Origin: an uncultured Acidobacteriota bacterium
Lineage (GTDB): Bacteria > Acidobacteriota > UBA6911
DNA length: 64,000 nt
Direction of reading: 5' to 3'
NCBI GenBank assembly: GCA_963827655.1
Contig: CAWHCF010000021.1
Coordinates: 1-64,000, forward strand
Made by a program: the position numbers and the translations under genes
The notes under the pieces: generated by a model
Databases searched by the model: none
What the model was told of the DNA's origin: nothing
What the model saw: the letters and a program-made list of their open reading frames with translations, nothing else
In this document: piece after piece, positions 1 to 9,682 of the stretch
Position numbering within the stretch: the first letter of the stretch is position 1
Layout: every line of letters begins with the position of its first letter

Positions 1-600
1 GGCTGGTATGGGCATCTTTCCGTGATTGCCTGCGTCATGCTCGCCTTTCGGCGCCGCATGATCCATCACGGCGCCGTCGCGGTGCAGCAGTTCGGCAATT
101 CGTATTTTCCCACTCATTCTGTTCGTTGCCATCAGCATCACCGGGCTGATGCGACCGCCAGCTATACCTGGATGAAGGGGTACGCGTATGATTTCCTCGC
201 TATCCTGCACGCCATCACGGTGATCTTCACGCTGTGGTCAGCCTTCTGTTCGGGAAGTTGTTTCGCATCTTCCAGCGGCTCGGCGCAGCTCGGCGTGAGC
301 TTCTACAAGGATGCTGGGCAGCAAACGGAACAGGTCCGCTGCCACCGATGCGGGCAGGCGTTCGCTTCGGCCATGATGGTGCGTGATACCGACCATCGTT
401 CAGAAACAACTCGGGTTCACTTACGAAATCGGCAGCGAAAGCGGCGTTGCCCACCATTACCAGCAGGTGTGTCCCCGCTGTCGTCGGGCCCTTTTCGGCC
501 TCGCGCAGAGGCCGCCCAACGGGAGCGCCACCTTACCCAGCGCATTGCGGAAGAATCACCCGGCAACCAGCAGACGCGGTGACCATCTTGGTAATTCAGC
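1..600 (+). CDS. NarI/DsrM-like membrane protein with a C-terminal Cys-rich tail (5' partial, frameshifted)
   Basis: Pieces across frames give TM helices, '[12 protein letters not shown]', a 'FGKLF' segment and '[12 protein letters not shown]', then CHRC...CPRC. Directly upstream of the Mo enzyme. Confidence 0.6.
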
Positions 601-613
601 CCCAGAGCACTCC

Positions 614-2888
614 ATGGCTACGATCCCCGTTCCCGAGCTGTAACATCATCGAGAAATTCGGACCGCATCTTTCGGTCATGACCGGGTTACAGCTGTCCAC
701 CAGCGTCGAACCGGACCGGCTCGTTCGCACGCATTGTTGCTTCTGCGGCCAGCAGTGCGGTATCCAGTTGAAGGTCAGGGACAACCAGGTCATCGGCTTC
801 GAGCCGTGGGAGGAGTTTCCGTTCAATCGAGGGATGCTGTATCCAAAGGGGGTCAAGCGCTACCTCCAGGGTTCGCACCCCGACCGGCTCCTGACCGCGC
901 TACGGCACGACCCTTCGGCCCCCGGTGGGTTCCGAGCGATCCCTTATGGCGACGGCAATCGCCAGGGTGGCCGCGGAATTCGACCAGATTCAGAAGACGG
1001 CACGGGAACAGCGCCATTGGTGTGCTTGGAGGCGCCAGTCTGACAACCAGAAAACCTGCTGCTGGGCAAATTTGCGCGCGTCTGTCTGAAGACGCCATTC
1101 ATCGACTACAACGGACGCCTCTGCATGGTGAGCGCCGGTGCTGCCAACAAGAAAGCCTTTGGCATCGACCGCACCACGAATCCGTGGTCCGACATGATCG
1201 GAACTGAGGTGATCTGGGTCGCCGGCTCGAACGTCGCGGAGTGCTCTCCTATCACGACTAACTACATCTGGCAGGCGCGCGAGCAGGGGGCGAAAGTGAT
1301 CGTGCAGGATCCACGGATCACGCCCATCGCTCGGACGTGCGACCTGTTCCTGCCCGTGAAGCCGGGCCGCGATGCGGCACTGTTCGCCGGCGTGCTGCAA
1401 CAAATGATAGAGCACGACTGGCTCGACCACGAATTCATCGATGGGTTTACTCTTCAATTTGAGCAGGTTGAAGAGTACTGCCGGTCCTGGACCCTGGCCA
1501 GAACCGCCGAGGTCACAGGCGTGCCCGAGCGGTCGATCCGACAGGCGGCCGAATGGTGGGGCACCGCTCGAAGCAGCTTCCTCTTCCACGCGCGTGGCAT
1601 TGAACATCATTCAAACGGCGTCCAGAACTGCCTCGGGACCGTCAACCTTGTGCTTGCGTCAGGACGGATTGGAAAACCGAAATGCGGGTACGGAACCATC
1701 GTCGGCCAGGGCAATGGCCAGGGTGGCCGCGAACACGGGCAGAAGTGCGATCAGCTCCCCGGCTGGCGCGAGATCGCCAATCCGGCCCACCGCAAGTACA
1801 TCGCCGGGGTGTGGGGAATCGACGAGAAAGACATGCCCGGGCCCGGAGTCGACGCCTACGAGATGTTCCGCAAGATCGACGCCGGCGAAATCCGTGGCCT
1901 GCTAACGATCTGCTTCAATCCGAAGGTTTCGTTGCCGGACAACACGTTTATCACGCGGTGTCTCGAAAAACTGGAATTCTACACCGCGATCGACTTTTTC
2001 CTGAATGACACGGCACATCATGCCAATGTCGTCCTGCCTGGCAGCCTGCACGAAGAAGACGAGGGAACCGTGACGCAGGTCGAGGGTCGCGTGATAAAGA
2101 TTAACAAGGCGGTCGACTGCCCAGGTGAAGCAAGGCAGGATTGGCGGATCCTTCAGGACATTGCCGCCGCGCTGGGCCGACCCAAGGGCTTCACCTTCAC
2201 CCACCCGCGCGAAATTTTCGACGAGCTGCGCATAGCCAGCAAAGGCGGGATTGCGGACTACTCGGGCATAACCTACGAGAAGATCGAGCGACAGATGGGT
2301 GTGTTCTGGCCATGCTACAGCGAGGACCCGGAGACCGGTCGGCCCATCGAGGATCATTCAGGTACGCCCCGATTGTTTGAGCGCGGCAGCTACAATCCGG
2401 TGGCCAAAGGAAATGGACCCTTTTACTTTCCCGATGGCAAGGCTCGTTTCAACATCGCCGAATACCGGCCGCCCGTCGACGATGCCAGCGAGGAGTATCC
2501 CATCTTCCTTACCACGGGTCGCGTCGTCAGCCAGTTCTTGTCCGGCACCCAGACGCGTCGAATCGGCCCGTTGGTGCAGCAGTACCCCGAGCCCCGAATC
2601 GAGATGCATCCGAGGCTGGCAGAGAAGCTGGGAATTCGAGATGGTGACTGGACCACAGCGGAAACGCGCAGGGGCGCCATCACGCTGAAGGCGATGGTCG
2701 TCATGACGATCCGTCCCGACACGATCTTCGTCCCGTACCACTGGCCAGGCAAGAAGTGCGTGAACCAGCTCACGGTTGCCGCCCAGGACCCGATCAGCAA
2801 GATCCCGCAGTATAAGGTTTGTGGTTGCCGCGTTCGCAAGGCGGACGGGACCCCCGACTACGTGGATACTCTCGAGCCGCAGCAATAG
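614..2888 (+). CDS. Mo-bisPGD oxidoreductase catalytic subunit, NasA/NapA/FdhF-like (frameshifts near 640 and 950-1060)
   Basis: N-terminal [11 protein letters not shown]...GMLYPKG Fe-S motif, '[12 protein letters not shown]' Mo-ligand Cys region, [10 protein letters not shown], and a C-terminal LTTGR...molybdopterin dinucleotide-binding domain. No Tat signal seen. Confidence 0.9.
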
Positions 2889-2898
2889 GGAGCGGTTG

Positions 2899-3726
2899 AT
2901 GGGCAAACCCGAGTTTCTGCATTTCTTCATCGATCCCAATCGATGTATTGGATGCCAGGCCTGTGTGCAGGCCTGCACGGAGTGCGATACGCACCGCGGC
3001 GAATCCATGATCCACCTGGATTATGTCGACCGCTCAAACAGCGTGCAGACCGTGCCGGTGGTGTGTATGCACTGCGAGCAGCCGACCTGCGCCGAGGTCT
3101 GTCCCGCCGACGCCATAAAGCGCACCGGTGATGGTGTCGTGCAATCCGCCAGCAAGCCGCGATGCATCGCATGCGGCAACTGCGTGCTCGCGTGTCCGTT
3201 TGGCGTGCCGGAGGTGTATGTGGACCGGCAGATCATGATGAAGTGCGACATGTGCTACGACCGTTCGAGTGCGGGAAAGAAACCGATGTGCGCGACCGTG
3301 TGTCCCAGTCAGGCGCTCTTCTTCGGGACCCGGGAGCAGATCGGGCAACTGCGTCCGATGTCAGTACCGGTGAACACCTTTCGTTTCGGGAACCAAACCA
3401 TCACCACCCGTGTGTTCGCCATGATGCCGGCACGAAAAACGATTTCGCCGTCGTATCTCGATGTCACCGCCGCGATGGAGGAAAAGCCGCAGGCTCGGGC
3501 CGTGTCCCTCAAAGTTCTTACCGGGCCGGTGAGTCTCCAGGGCGCGCCATCGAGAGAGAACAGTGACGCGCGCGATCGCGCTCTCTCGACCCGTTCGAGG
3601 AGGTCGAGATCTGAAGGGTCCGCGCAGAAACAAGTTCCGCATTCTGCTGCAGGACCCCTGGGCGCGATCCTAAACGTGCTAGCTGGTTGGTTCATAATTG
3701 CGATGACGTATTGGGCAGAGCGGTAG
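2899..3726 (+). CDS. DmsB/NrfC-type 4x[4Fe-4S] electron-transfer subunit
   Basis: [37 protein letters not shown] and KCDMC...CATVCP motifs. The true end may be TGA 3612-3614 (DPFEEVEI*) after a frameshift. Confidence 0.9.
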   Translation: MGKPEFLHFFIDPNRCIGCQACVQACTECDTHRGESMIHLDYVDRSNSVQTVPVVCMHCEQPTCAEVCPADAIKRTGDGVVQSASKPRCIACGNCVLACPFGVPEVYVDRQIMMKCDMCYDRSSAGKKPMCATVCPSQALFFGTREQIGQLRPMSVPVNTFRFGNQTITTRVFAMMPARKTISPSYLDVTAAMEEKPQARAVSLKVLTGPVSLQGAPSRENSDARDRALSTRSRRSRSEGSAQKQVPHSAAGPLGAILNVLAGWFIIAMTYWAER

Positions 3727-3763
3727 GAGTCGGCTGTGTTGTCGCCTGAGGCCGAAGGCCCGT

Positions 3764-3927
3764 CTGAGATTCTCAAAAAACTGTTCTGTGGCGACGGGTC
3801 ATCAGACCCGTCGCCAGTAACGTGATCGGGAGGATTAGCCTTAAAAAGCTCTTTCGTGCCACTAGGGGGCCGGACGGGCTTGATAGCCCGTCCGCACATG
3901 TATCGGGTCGTTCTGCGACAGCCTCTA
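3764..3927 (+). mobile_element. MITE/REPIN-like two-hairpin element, copy 1
   Basis: Hairpins gcgacgggtc-atca-gacccgtcgc and cggacgggct-tgat-agcccgtccg. Collinear with the reverse complement of 28165-28317. Confidence 0.7.
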
Positions 3928-3957
3928 ATGACCCGCGCCACCAAGGAGTCTCCCAGG

Positions 3958-4611
3958 ATGAGTGACAATAAGATGCCCATCGGTCCCCGCGACTCAGTCG
4001 ATGTCCGGGTGGACACGCCTGGGCGCGAAGGGCTGACCGGAACCGCGCCGGCCAGTCTCTATCAGCCGACGATCGAAACCGAGCAGATCACGCTGGCGCC
4101 GGACTGGCGCCCGGCCGAGCAGCAGCCGGCGTGGCGTCGCGACTTCCCGATCGACTGGCCCCAGGACCACTACGTCGCACGCCGCGATTTCATGAAGTTC
4201 ATGGTCCTGACCAGCCTGGCGTTTACCATGGGTCAGTTCTGGATCGCGCTCCAGAACTTGTTACGGAAGGCGCGAGGCAAGCCTGAGCTTAAAAGAATCG
4301 GGTGGCTCAGCCAGGTTCCGATCGGCGGCGTCCTCACGTTCGCATACCCTGGCGAAGAGGACGCGTGCATACTCATCCGTCCGGCGCGCGATATCATGTT
4401 CGCATATAGCCAGGAATGCACGCATCTGGCGTGCGCCGTCATTCCCCGGCTCGACAAGGACGTGATCCACTGTCCGTGTCATGAGGGTTATTTCGAGCTG
4501 CGATCCGGCCGGCCTGTAGCCGGTCCACCTCGGCGTCCCTTGCCACGAATTCAGCTCGATGTTCGCGGCGATGCCATATACGCCGCAGGAGTCGAATGGA
4601 GGACAGTTTGA
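3958..4611 (+). CDS. Membrane-anchored Rieske [2Fe-2S] protein
   Basis: CTHLAC and CPCHEGYF boxes; an RRDFMK twin-arginine-like motif followed by a TM helix. Confidence 0.9.
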   Translation: MSDNKMPIGPRDSVDVRVDTPGREGLTGTAPASLYQPTIETEQITLAPDWRPAEQQPAWRRDFPIDWPQDHYVARRDFMKFMVLTSLAFTMGQFWIALQNLLRKARGKPELKRIGWLSQVPIGGVLTFAYPGEEDACILIRPARDIMFAYSQECTHLACAVIPRLDKDVIHCPCHEGYFELRSGRPVAGPPRRPLPRIQLDVRGDAIYAAGVEWRTV

Positions 4612-4613
4612 GT

Positions 4614-4850
4614 ATGGCCGTCAAACGTCCGTTCACGCGCGAGCAGCGCAGCACCGTCATATACGGAATGATCGCATTCGTGCTGATCCTTGTGATCCTT
4701 CAGCTCTGGCTGCTGACGGCCACCATGAACGCGTATCTCGGCGGCGATGCGTCGGTGATCTGGCCGGCGGCGGGTGCAAGCCTGCTATGCCTGCTTTTAA
4801 ACGTCGGCCTGCTGCGATACCTGTACTACATCGAGCGAGAACGGCGATGA
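4614..4850 (+). CDS. Small two-TM membrane protein (DUF6755-like)
   Basis: 78 aa, two hydrophobic helices, 'QLWLLTATMNAYLGG'; tightly coupled to both neighbours. Confidence 0.7.
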   Translation: MAVKRPFTREQRSTVIYGMIAFVLILVILQLWLLTATMNAYLGGDASVIWPAAGASLLCLLLNVGLLRYLYYIERERR

Positions 4851-5987
4851 GCGCCGACGCCAAGCCGGAATCGATGCCCGCTGCTCTTGCCGGCTCTGTC
4901 GCGCCGGCGGGAAAGGGCGGCGCCCCTGCGGGCCTCGCCGGGCTGCATCCGGCCTACTTTGCCATGGTGATGGCAACCGGGATCGTCTCGATCGCCTCGC
5001 ACTCGCTCGGGTTCCAGACGCTTGCCCTCGTGCTGTTTCCGCTCAATATCATTTTTTATGGGACGCTCTGGGGCCTGACGATCGCGCGCGCAGTGCGGCA
5101 CACCGATCAAGTCATTGCCGACCTGATGCACCATGGACGATCCGTCGGCTTTTTTACGACGGTTGCCGCCACGTGTGTCCTTGGCAACCAGAGCCTGGTG
5201 ATCGGTGGTCTGTGGCGGACGGCGGCGATACTGTGGATAATCGGGATTATCTTGTGGGCCGACATTACCTATGGCGTCTTCACGATCCTGACCGTCAAGG
5301 AAGTCAAACCTACGCTGGCGGAGGGAATCAACGGCGGGTGGCTGGTCGCCGTCGTCGCCGCCCAGTCCGTTGTCGTCCTGGGTGCGCAGCTGGCAACCGG
5401 TTTTACGCCTTACCAGGCACACGTGCTGCTGTTCTGTCTTGCGATGTGGCTCGGCGGCGGGATGCTCTATATCTGGATCATCTCGCTGATCTTCTACCGC
5501 TACACTTTTTTCCCCTTGAGCCCGTCCGACCTTGCGCCACCATTTTGGATCAACATGGGCGCGGTCGCGATTTCGACCCTGGCCGGAACGGCGCTGATCG
5601 GCGCGCGCTCCGCATTCGGGGGTCCTCAGCGACCTGCTCCCATTCCTGAAAGGCTTTACCCTGCTGTTCTGGGCCACGGCAACGTGGTGGATTCCGATGC
5701 TGGTCATCCTCGGAATCTGGCGGCATCTCTACCGCCGGTTCCCGCTCCGTTATGATCCGCTGTACTGGGGAGCGGTCTTCCCTCTCGGCATGTACACAGT
5801 CTGCACATTCCGGCTGGCGCAGGTGATCGAGGCGCCTTTCCTTCTGCGGATTCCCCAGGTGTTCATCTATATCGCGTTGATTGCGTGGTCGCTCACGATG
5901 TTCGGCCTGCTTCACCATCTGGCTGCGTCTGGGCTCAGAAGACTGACGTCTGCGCAACCTCAATCACGCTCCGCGCCCTCGTTGTAA
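4847..5987 (+). CDS. SLAC1/TehA/TDT family anion channel (frameshift near 5610)
   Basis: 'LHPAYFAMVMATGIVS', 'PPFWINMGAVAISTLAG' and 'YWGAVFPLGMY'; about 10 TM helices; ATGA overlap with the upstream gene. Confidence 0.88.
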
Positions 5988-6086
5988 GCTCTGATTTTGA
6001 TCCGGAAACCGGGCCCCGCCGTGGTAGAGTGCCTCAACCGCCGCCTGGCATCAACCAGGCAGTAAAGCTCGCTTCAGGAGGCACCA

Positions 6087-7243
6087 ATGACCCGTCCGTC
6101 CTCGTTCTGCGGAAGGTTGTCGCGGAATCTTCTCATCGTCACGTTTGCTCTCTCGGTCCTGGGGCTGCAGGTTCCGGCGCGAACCGACCCGAGCATTCCC
6201 GCCGCTGAGTTCTCGAGACTGATCCAGCAGTTCTCGGAAGACGACGGCTACTTCCGGTCCGACAACTTCACGTCAAACGAAACCTCCTACCTTCAAGTAG
6301 TCGATCTGTTTCGCAAGTTGGACGTCTCAGGGGGCGCTTACATCGGGGTCGGACCCGAGCAGAACTTCACCTACATCGCCAAGGTCCGCCCGCGCATCGC
6401 CTTCATCGTCGATATCCGCCGCCAGGCGATGATTCAGCACCTGCTTTACAAAGCGATCTTCGAATCGGCCGCCACGCGCGCCGAGTTTCTCGCGGGACTT
6501 CTCAGCCGGCCCATCGCGGGCGAGCGCGCGCCACGAACCGGAACCTCTACGGCCGATCTTCTGGATTACTTCGAGCAGGCCCCGGCACCGGACGAAACCT
6601 TCATCGCAAACCGGGACCGCGTCCGGAAGACGATCCAGGACCGCTTCCAGATCCCCCTTTCCCAGCAGGATCTGGAGCGCCTGGACTACGTCTACTCGTC
6701 CTTCGGAAACAAGGAGTCGAAATCTCGTTTCGCTTCGGCGGACCGAACTGGTCGGGATCGTCAGGCTTTCCGACGCTGAAGGACCTGATCCTCCAGACGG
6801 ATCTCAAGGGTCGGCCCGGTAACTTTCTCGCCAGCGAGGAAGACTATCTGTTCGTGCGCGACCTGCAGCGGCGCAACCGCGTCATCCCGGTAGTGGGAGA
6901 CTTCGCCGGACCCAAGGCGCTCGCGTCGGTGGGCGAGTACCTGCGCAAGAACGGCTACACCGTCAGCGCCTTCTACACATCAAACGTCGAGCAGTTCCTG
7001 TTCCAGAACGGCGTCTTTGCGGTCTTCGCCGGCAATGTCCGAAAGCTTCCGATTGACGGCGGGAGCCTCTTCATCCGGTCGGTTTCATACCGCGGCCAGC
7101 CGCATCCCGCGAACATACCGGGATACCGAACCACGACCGTGCTTCAAAAGATCTCTGTCTTTCTGCGGGACTTCGACGGCGGAACGTTCGAGGACTATTG
7201 GAACCTGGTCACGACCCACTTCATCGCTCCAGAATTGAACTGA
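6087..7243 (+). CDS. Conserved hypothetical secreted protein (frameshift near 6710)
   Basis: Signal peptide; 'FRSDNFTSNE', 'GGAYIGVGPEQNFTYIA', 'VIPVVGDFAGPKAL' and 'FYTSNVEQFL'. ORFs 6087-6779 and 6854-7243 join through one frameshift. Confidence 0.7.
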
Positions 7244-7247
7244 CAAC

Positions 7248-7371
7248 CAGGATTCAGGATTCAGGATCTAGGATTCAGGAAACAGCTGATGCAGCCGGAA
7301 TGCCAGACGATTCGCCAGAATCCGAATCCTGAATCCTAGATCCTGAATCCTAGATCCTGCACTAGATCCTG
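7248..7371. repeat. Heptamer-arm palindromic repeat element (copy 1)
   Basis: (C/T)AGGAT(T/C) arrays facing (A/G)ATCCT(G/A) arrays; the spacer contains CCAGAC. Lies between convergent genes. Confidence 0.85.
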
Positions 7372-7746
7372 CTACTTGGCTCTCTTGGCCGTGAATTCCT
7401 GGCTCCCCTCGCCGCCTTCTCTGGCGCGTGTGAATTTGATCTCGTCGCCGGCAACCTTCCCTTTGAAATTGATTTTTATTTCGCCACCGCCTCCGGTGAA
7501 CTTGGTGGAAAACGCAATCTCGTCCCCTTTCACCGTGCCGTCCGAGATCGGAATTTCGCCTTGCTGCCCTGACATGGTGCCGGTCAACTTGTCCCCTTCA
7601 GCTTTGAAGTTAAACGTGGTCTCGCGGGTTTGCCCGCCGCGGCCCGGAACCTGGGCAGTCCATTTGCCGGTTACATCCGCTGCCCAGGCCACCGCGACCA
7701 GGAAGAAACTCAGGATGAGTGTCACAAGAACTAGTCTCGACTTCAT
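7372..7746 (-). CDS. Small secreted beta-rich hypothetical protein, paralog of 60097-60474
   Basis: Signal peptide, then ADVTGKWTAQVPGRGGQTRETTFNFKAEGDKLTGT...FTAKR; GGAGG SD upstream. Confidence 0.85.
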   Translation of the reverse strand: MKSRLVLVTLILSFFLVAVAWAADVTGKWTAQVPGRGGQTRETTFNFKAEGDKLTGTMSGQQGEIPISDGTVKGDEIAFSTKFTGGGGEIKINFKGKVAGDEIKFTRAREGGEGSQEFTAKRAK

Positions 7747-7819
7747 AGGCTTTGCCTCCTGAAGGAATTCGTTAGAAATCGGCGGAAGACTCAACATGGT
7801 TGGCGCGAGAATATCACGA

Positions 7820-7888
7820 TCAGGATCTAGGATCTGGCATGTAGGATTAAGACAGCACTAATACCACCAAGATCACGAAGATCACAAA
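7820..7888. repeat. Single heptamer arm next to a degenerate nonamer-arm repeat
   Basis: caggatctaggatct followed by aataccaccaagatcacgaagatcac. Confidence 0.6.
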
Positions 7889-7911
7889 TGAAATCGCATG
7901 AAGCCGGCTCA

Positions 7912-8577
7912 TTACCATCGGAACACTAACGGAAGCGACGGGCGGAAATCCTTGGCGCGGCCCTGTGTGCCTGCGTCGAAGGTAACCTCCAGCAGATGTT
8001 CGGAGCCATTCGCCAGCGTGACTATCCCCAGACCCGACACGATGCGCGCAACCTCGGATGCCTCATCTGCGCTCGAGCTTGTGATCCGCACCTGGGTAAT
8101 CTCTTGAAACCCGACCGGATGCTCAAGAGGTTGATGCGCCGGAAAATCCGCGGCATCGGGTCTGCGTCCAAAGCTGAGGTAGCACCACATCGGTTCGGAC
8201 AGCGGAGTGTCTCTTCCTATGTGAAAAGCGTATAGGGCCGGCAAGTATGACGGCCGGTATTCCCTTGAGGGGAACGGCACTTCTTTGGAATCGGCGCGAG
8301 CGGGCCGCAAGCATACCGCGAAGGGAGACGCACCCGAATCTCGCTGCGACCACCGCGGCCATAGTCCGGTCAGCCGGGTTGATTCACTCTGCGCTTCAAC
8401 GGGATCATGCACCCACAGCAGTTCGAGGAACGCGTTGCGGAAGAAGAAGCGCCGGTTGGCGGTTCCCTGACCGGGATGAACGTTGCGTGTGCCTTCCGTA
8501 AGCCCGAACTCGCCAAGCAGTGCGGCTTCGGGAGCGCCCACGTCCACGCAGACGAAGAGATGGTCAAGTTCAAACAC
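7912..8577 (-). CDS. VOC/glyoxalase-like domain protein (Glyoxalase_3 type)
   Basis: 'ELDHLFVCV', 'HPGQGTANRRFFF.NAFLELLW'. Confidence 0.85.
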   Translation of the reverse strand: MFELDHLFVCVDVGAPEAALLGEFGLTEGTRNVHPGQGTANRRFFFRNAFLELLWVHDPVEAQSESTRLTGLWPRWSQRDSGASPFAVCLRPARADSKEVPFPSREYRPSYLPALYAFHIGRDTPLSEPMWCYLSFGRRPDAADFPAHQPLEHPVGFQEITQVRITSSSADEASEVARIVSGLGIVTLANGSEHLLEVTFDAGTQGRAKDFRPSLPLVFRW

Positions 8578-8593
8578 AGAAAAAGATACACGG

Positions 8594-8647
8594 GTCTTCG
8601 TGTCTTAGTGGGCGGGAAAAACAAAAGCTCCACTGAGACACGAAGAC
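8594..8647. repeat. Nonamer-arm inverted repeat element
   Basis: gtcttcgtgtcttagtgg ... ccactgagacacgaagac. Confidence 0.8.
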
Positions 8648-8670
8648 AACCACAGTATGGGCGGGCCTCG

Positions 8671-9525
8671 TTATGGTTTCAGCTCTTTGACGAAGATGTT
8701 TCTGAATTGCAGCAGGGCGGGCGGGCTGTTCCACTTGCCGTCGCGCTTCCCCCCGTGATGCTGAAGACCAATCGGACCCTGGGGCGGAATCCCGGGCATC
8801 TGGGCGTTGTCGATGACCTTGACTCCGTTCAGCTGAACGCTGACGCGGTCGCCGCGCAGCGTGATCTCGTAGTGATTCCACTCCCCCACCGGCTTGTCGG
8901 CCTGCGTGCGCGGCGTGGCGCCGGCGCGCACTTCGGGGGGCTGCTTGCGATCCATCCGGTAGCCATACATTTCCCCTGACCCGATCGGCCAGCACCAGAT
9001 GTTGATCTGGCTCTTTCCCGAACCACGCAGAATGATGCCGGAGTCCGAGTCCGGCAGCGACATGCGCATCTCTTTGCCCTGGATGTCCTTGGCATGGTTG
9101 CCGTCGGGCAGGATGTAGGGCACGTTCGGATTCACGTACGGGGTCTCCTTGATGCGCCAGTCCACCTGTACGACGAAATCGCCAAACTGCCGCTCGGTGT
9201 AGAGGCTCTTATCGCCCTTGGCTTCGCTCTCCGCATCATAGTCGATGACGCCGTCCAGGATTTTCCAGTGCCCTCCGTCCCCCTCAGGCACCTTCCAGCC
9301 GGAGAAATCCTTGCCATTGAAAAGCGCGACGAAGCCAGGCGGCGGATTATCAGCGCCTCGCGTCGCGATGGGCGCGCCCAGGCCCAGGAGAGAGCCTGCC
9401 AGAAGCAACATCGGCAAAAAACGCCGGTCTTTCACGACGATCGCCGTTTTCGAAAAAGCGAAGCCGGTCACTCGCCGCGCGGTGCGGCCAACGGATCGTT
9501 TAACTATAGCCGTGTCGATACCCAT
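8671..9525 (-). CDS. DUF1080 / 3-keto-glycoside hydrolase family protein
   Basis: 'GFVALFNGKDFSGW', 'DSGIILRG', 'GEWNHYEI', 'GPIGLQHHG' and 'FRNIFVKEL'; hydrophobic signal segment. Start codon uncertain. Confidence 0.88.
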   Translation of the reverse strand: MGIDTAIVKRSVGRTARRVTGFAFSKTAIVVKDRRFLPMLLLAGSLLGLGAPIATRGADNPPPGFVALFNGKDFSGWKVPEGDGGHWKILDGVIDYDAESEAKGDKSLYTERQFGDFVVQVDWRIKETPYVNPNVPYILPDGNHAKDIQGKEMRMSLPDSDSGIILRGSGKSQINIWCWPIGSGEMYGYRMDRKQPPEVRAGATPRTQADKPVGEWNHYEITLRGDRVSVQLNGVKVIDNAQMPGIPPQGPIGLQHHGGKRDGKWNSPPALLQFRNIFVKELKP

Positions 9526-9640
9526 AATCGTCACACCTCTTGCTGTCTTCAGCTTTGTGTGGAAGACCTTGTATCCATACAAGGTCGATGAGCATTTGTA
9601 TCAGAGGATCGTTTGGTTTGGCAAGCGGTCGGGTGGGGTT

Positions 9641-9668
9641 GGCAGGCGCCGCGAACGCGGCGCCTGCC
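9641..9668 (-). terminator. GC-rich hairpin after the TonB receptor gene (terminator or mRNA stabiliser)
   Basis: Perfect inverted repeat ggcaggcgccgcg-aa-cgcggcgcctgcc, 14 nt after the stop; no U-tract. Confidence 0.5.
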
Positions 9669-9682
9669 GTGACGCGAGAAGA

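Noticed and set aside
614-4611. Calling the Mo enzyme + Rieske pair arsenite oxidase (aioAB)
   Set aside because: The catalytic subunit keeps a Cys at the Mo-ligand position and has NasA-like motifs, and the operon includes DmsB- and NarI-like subunits absent from aio clusters.
4559-4846. N-terminal extension of the SLAC1 ORF
   Set aside because: It overlaps the Rieske and DUF6755-like genes; the ATGA overlap at 4847 is the better start.
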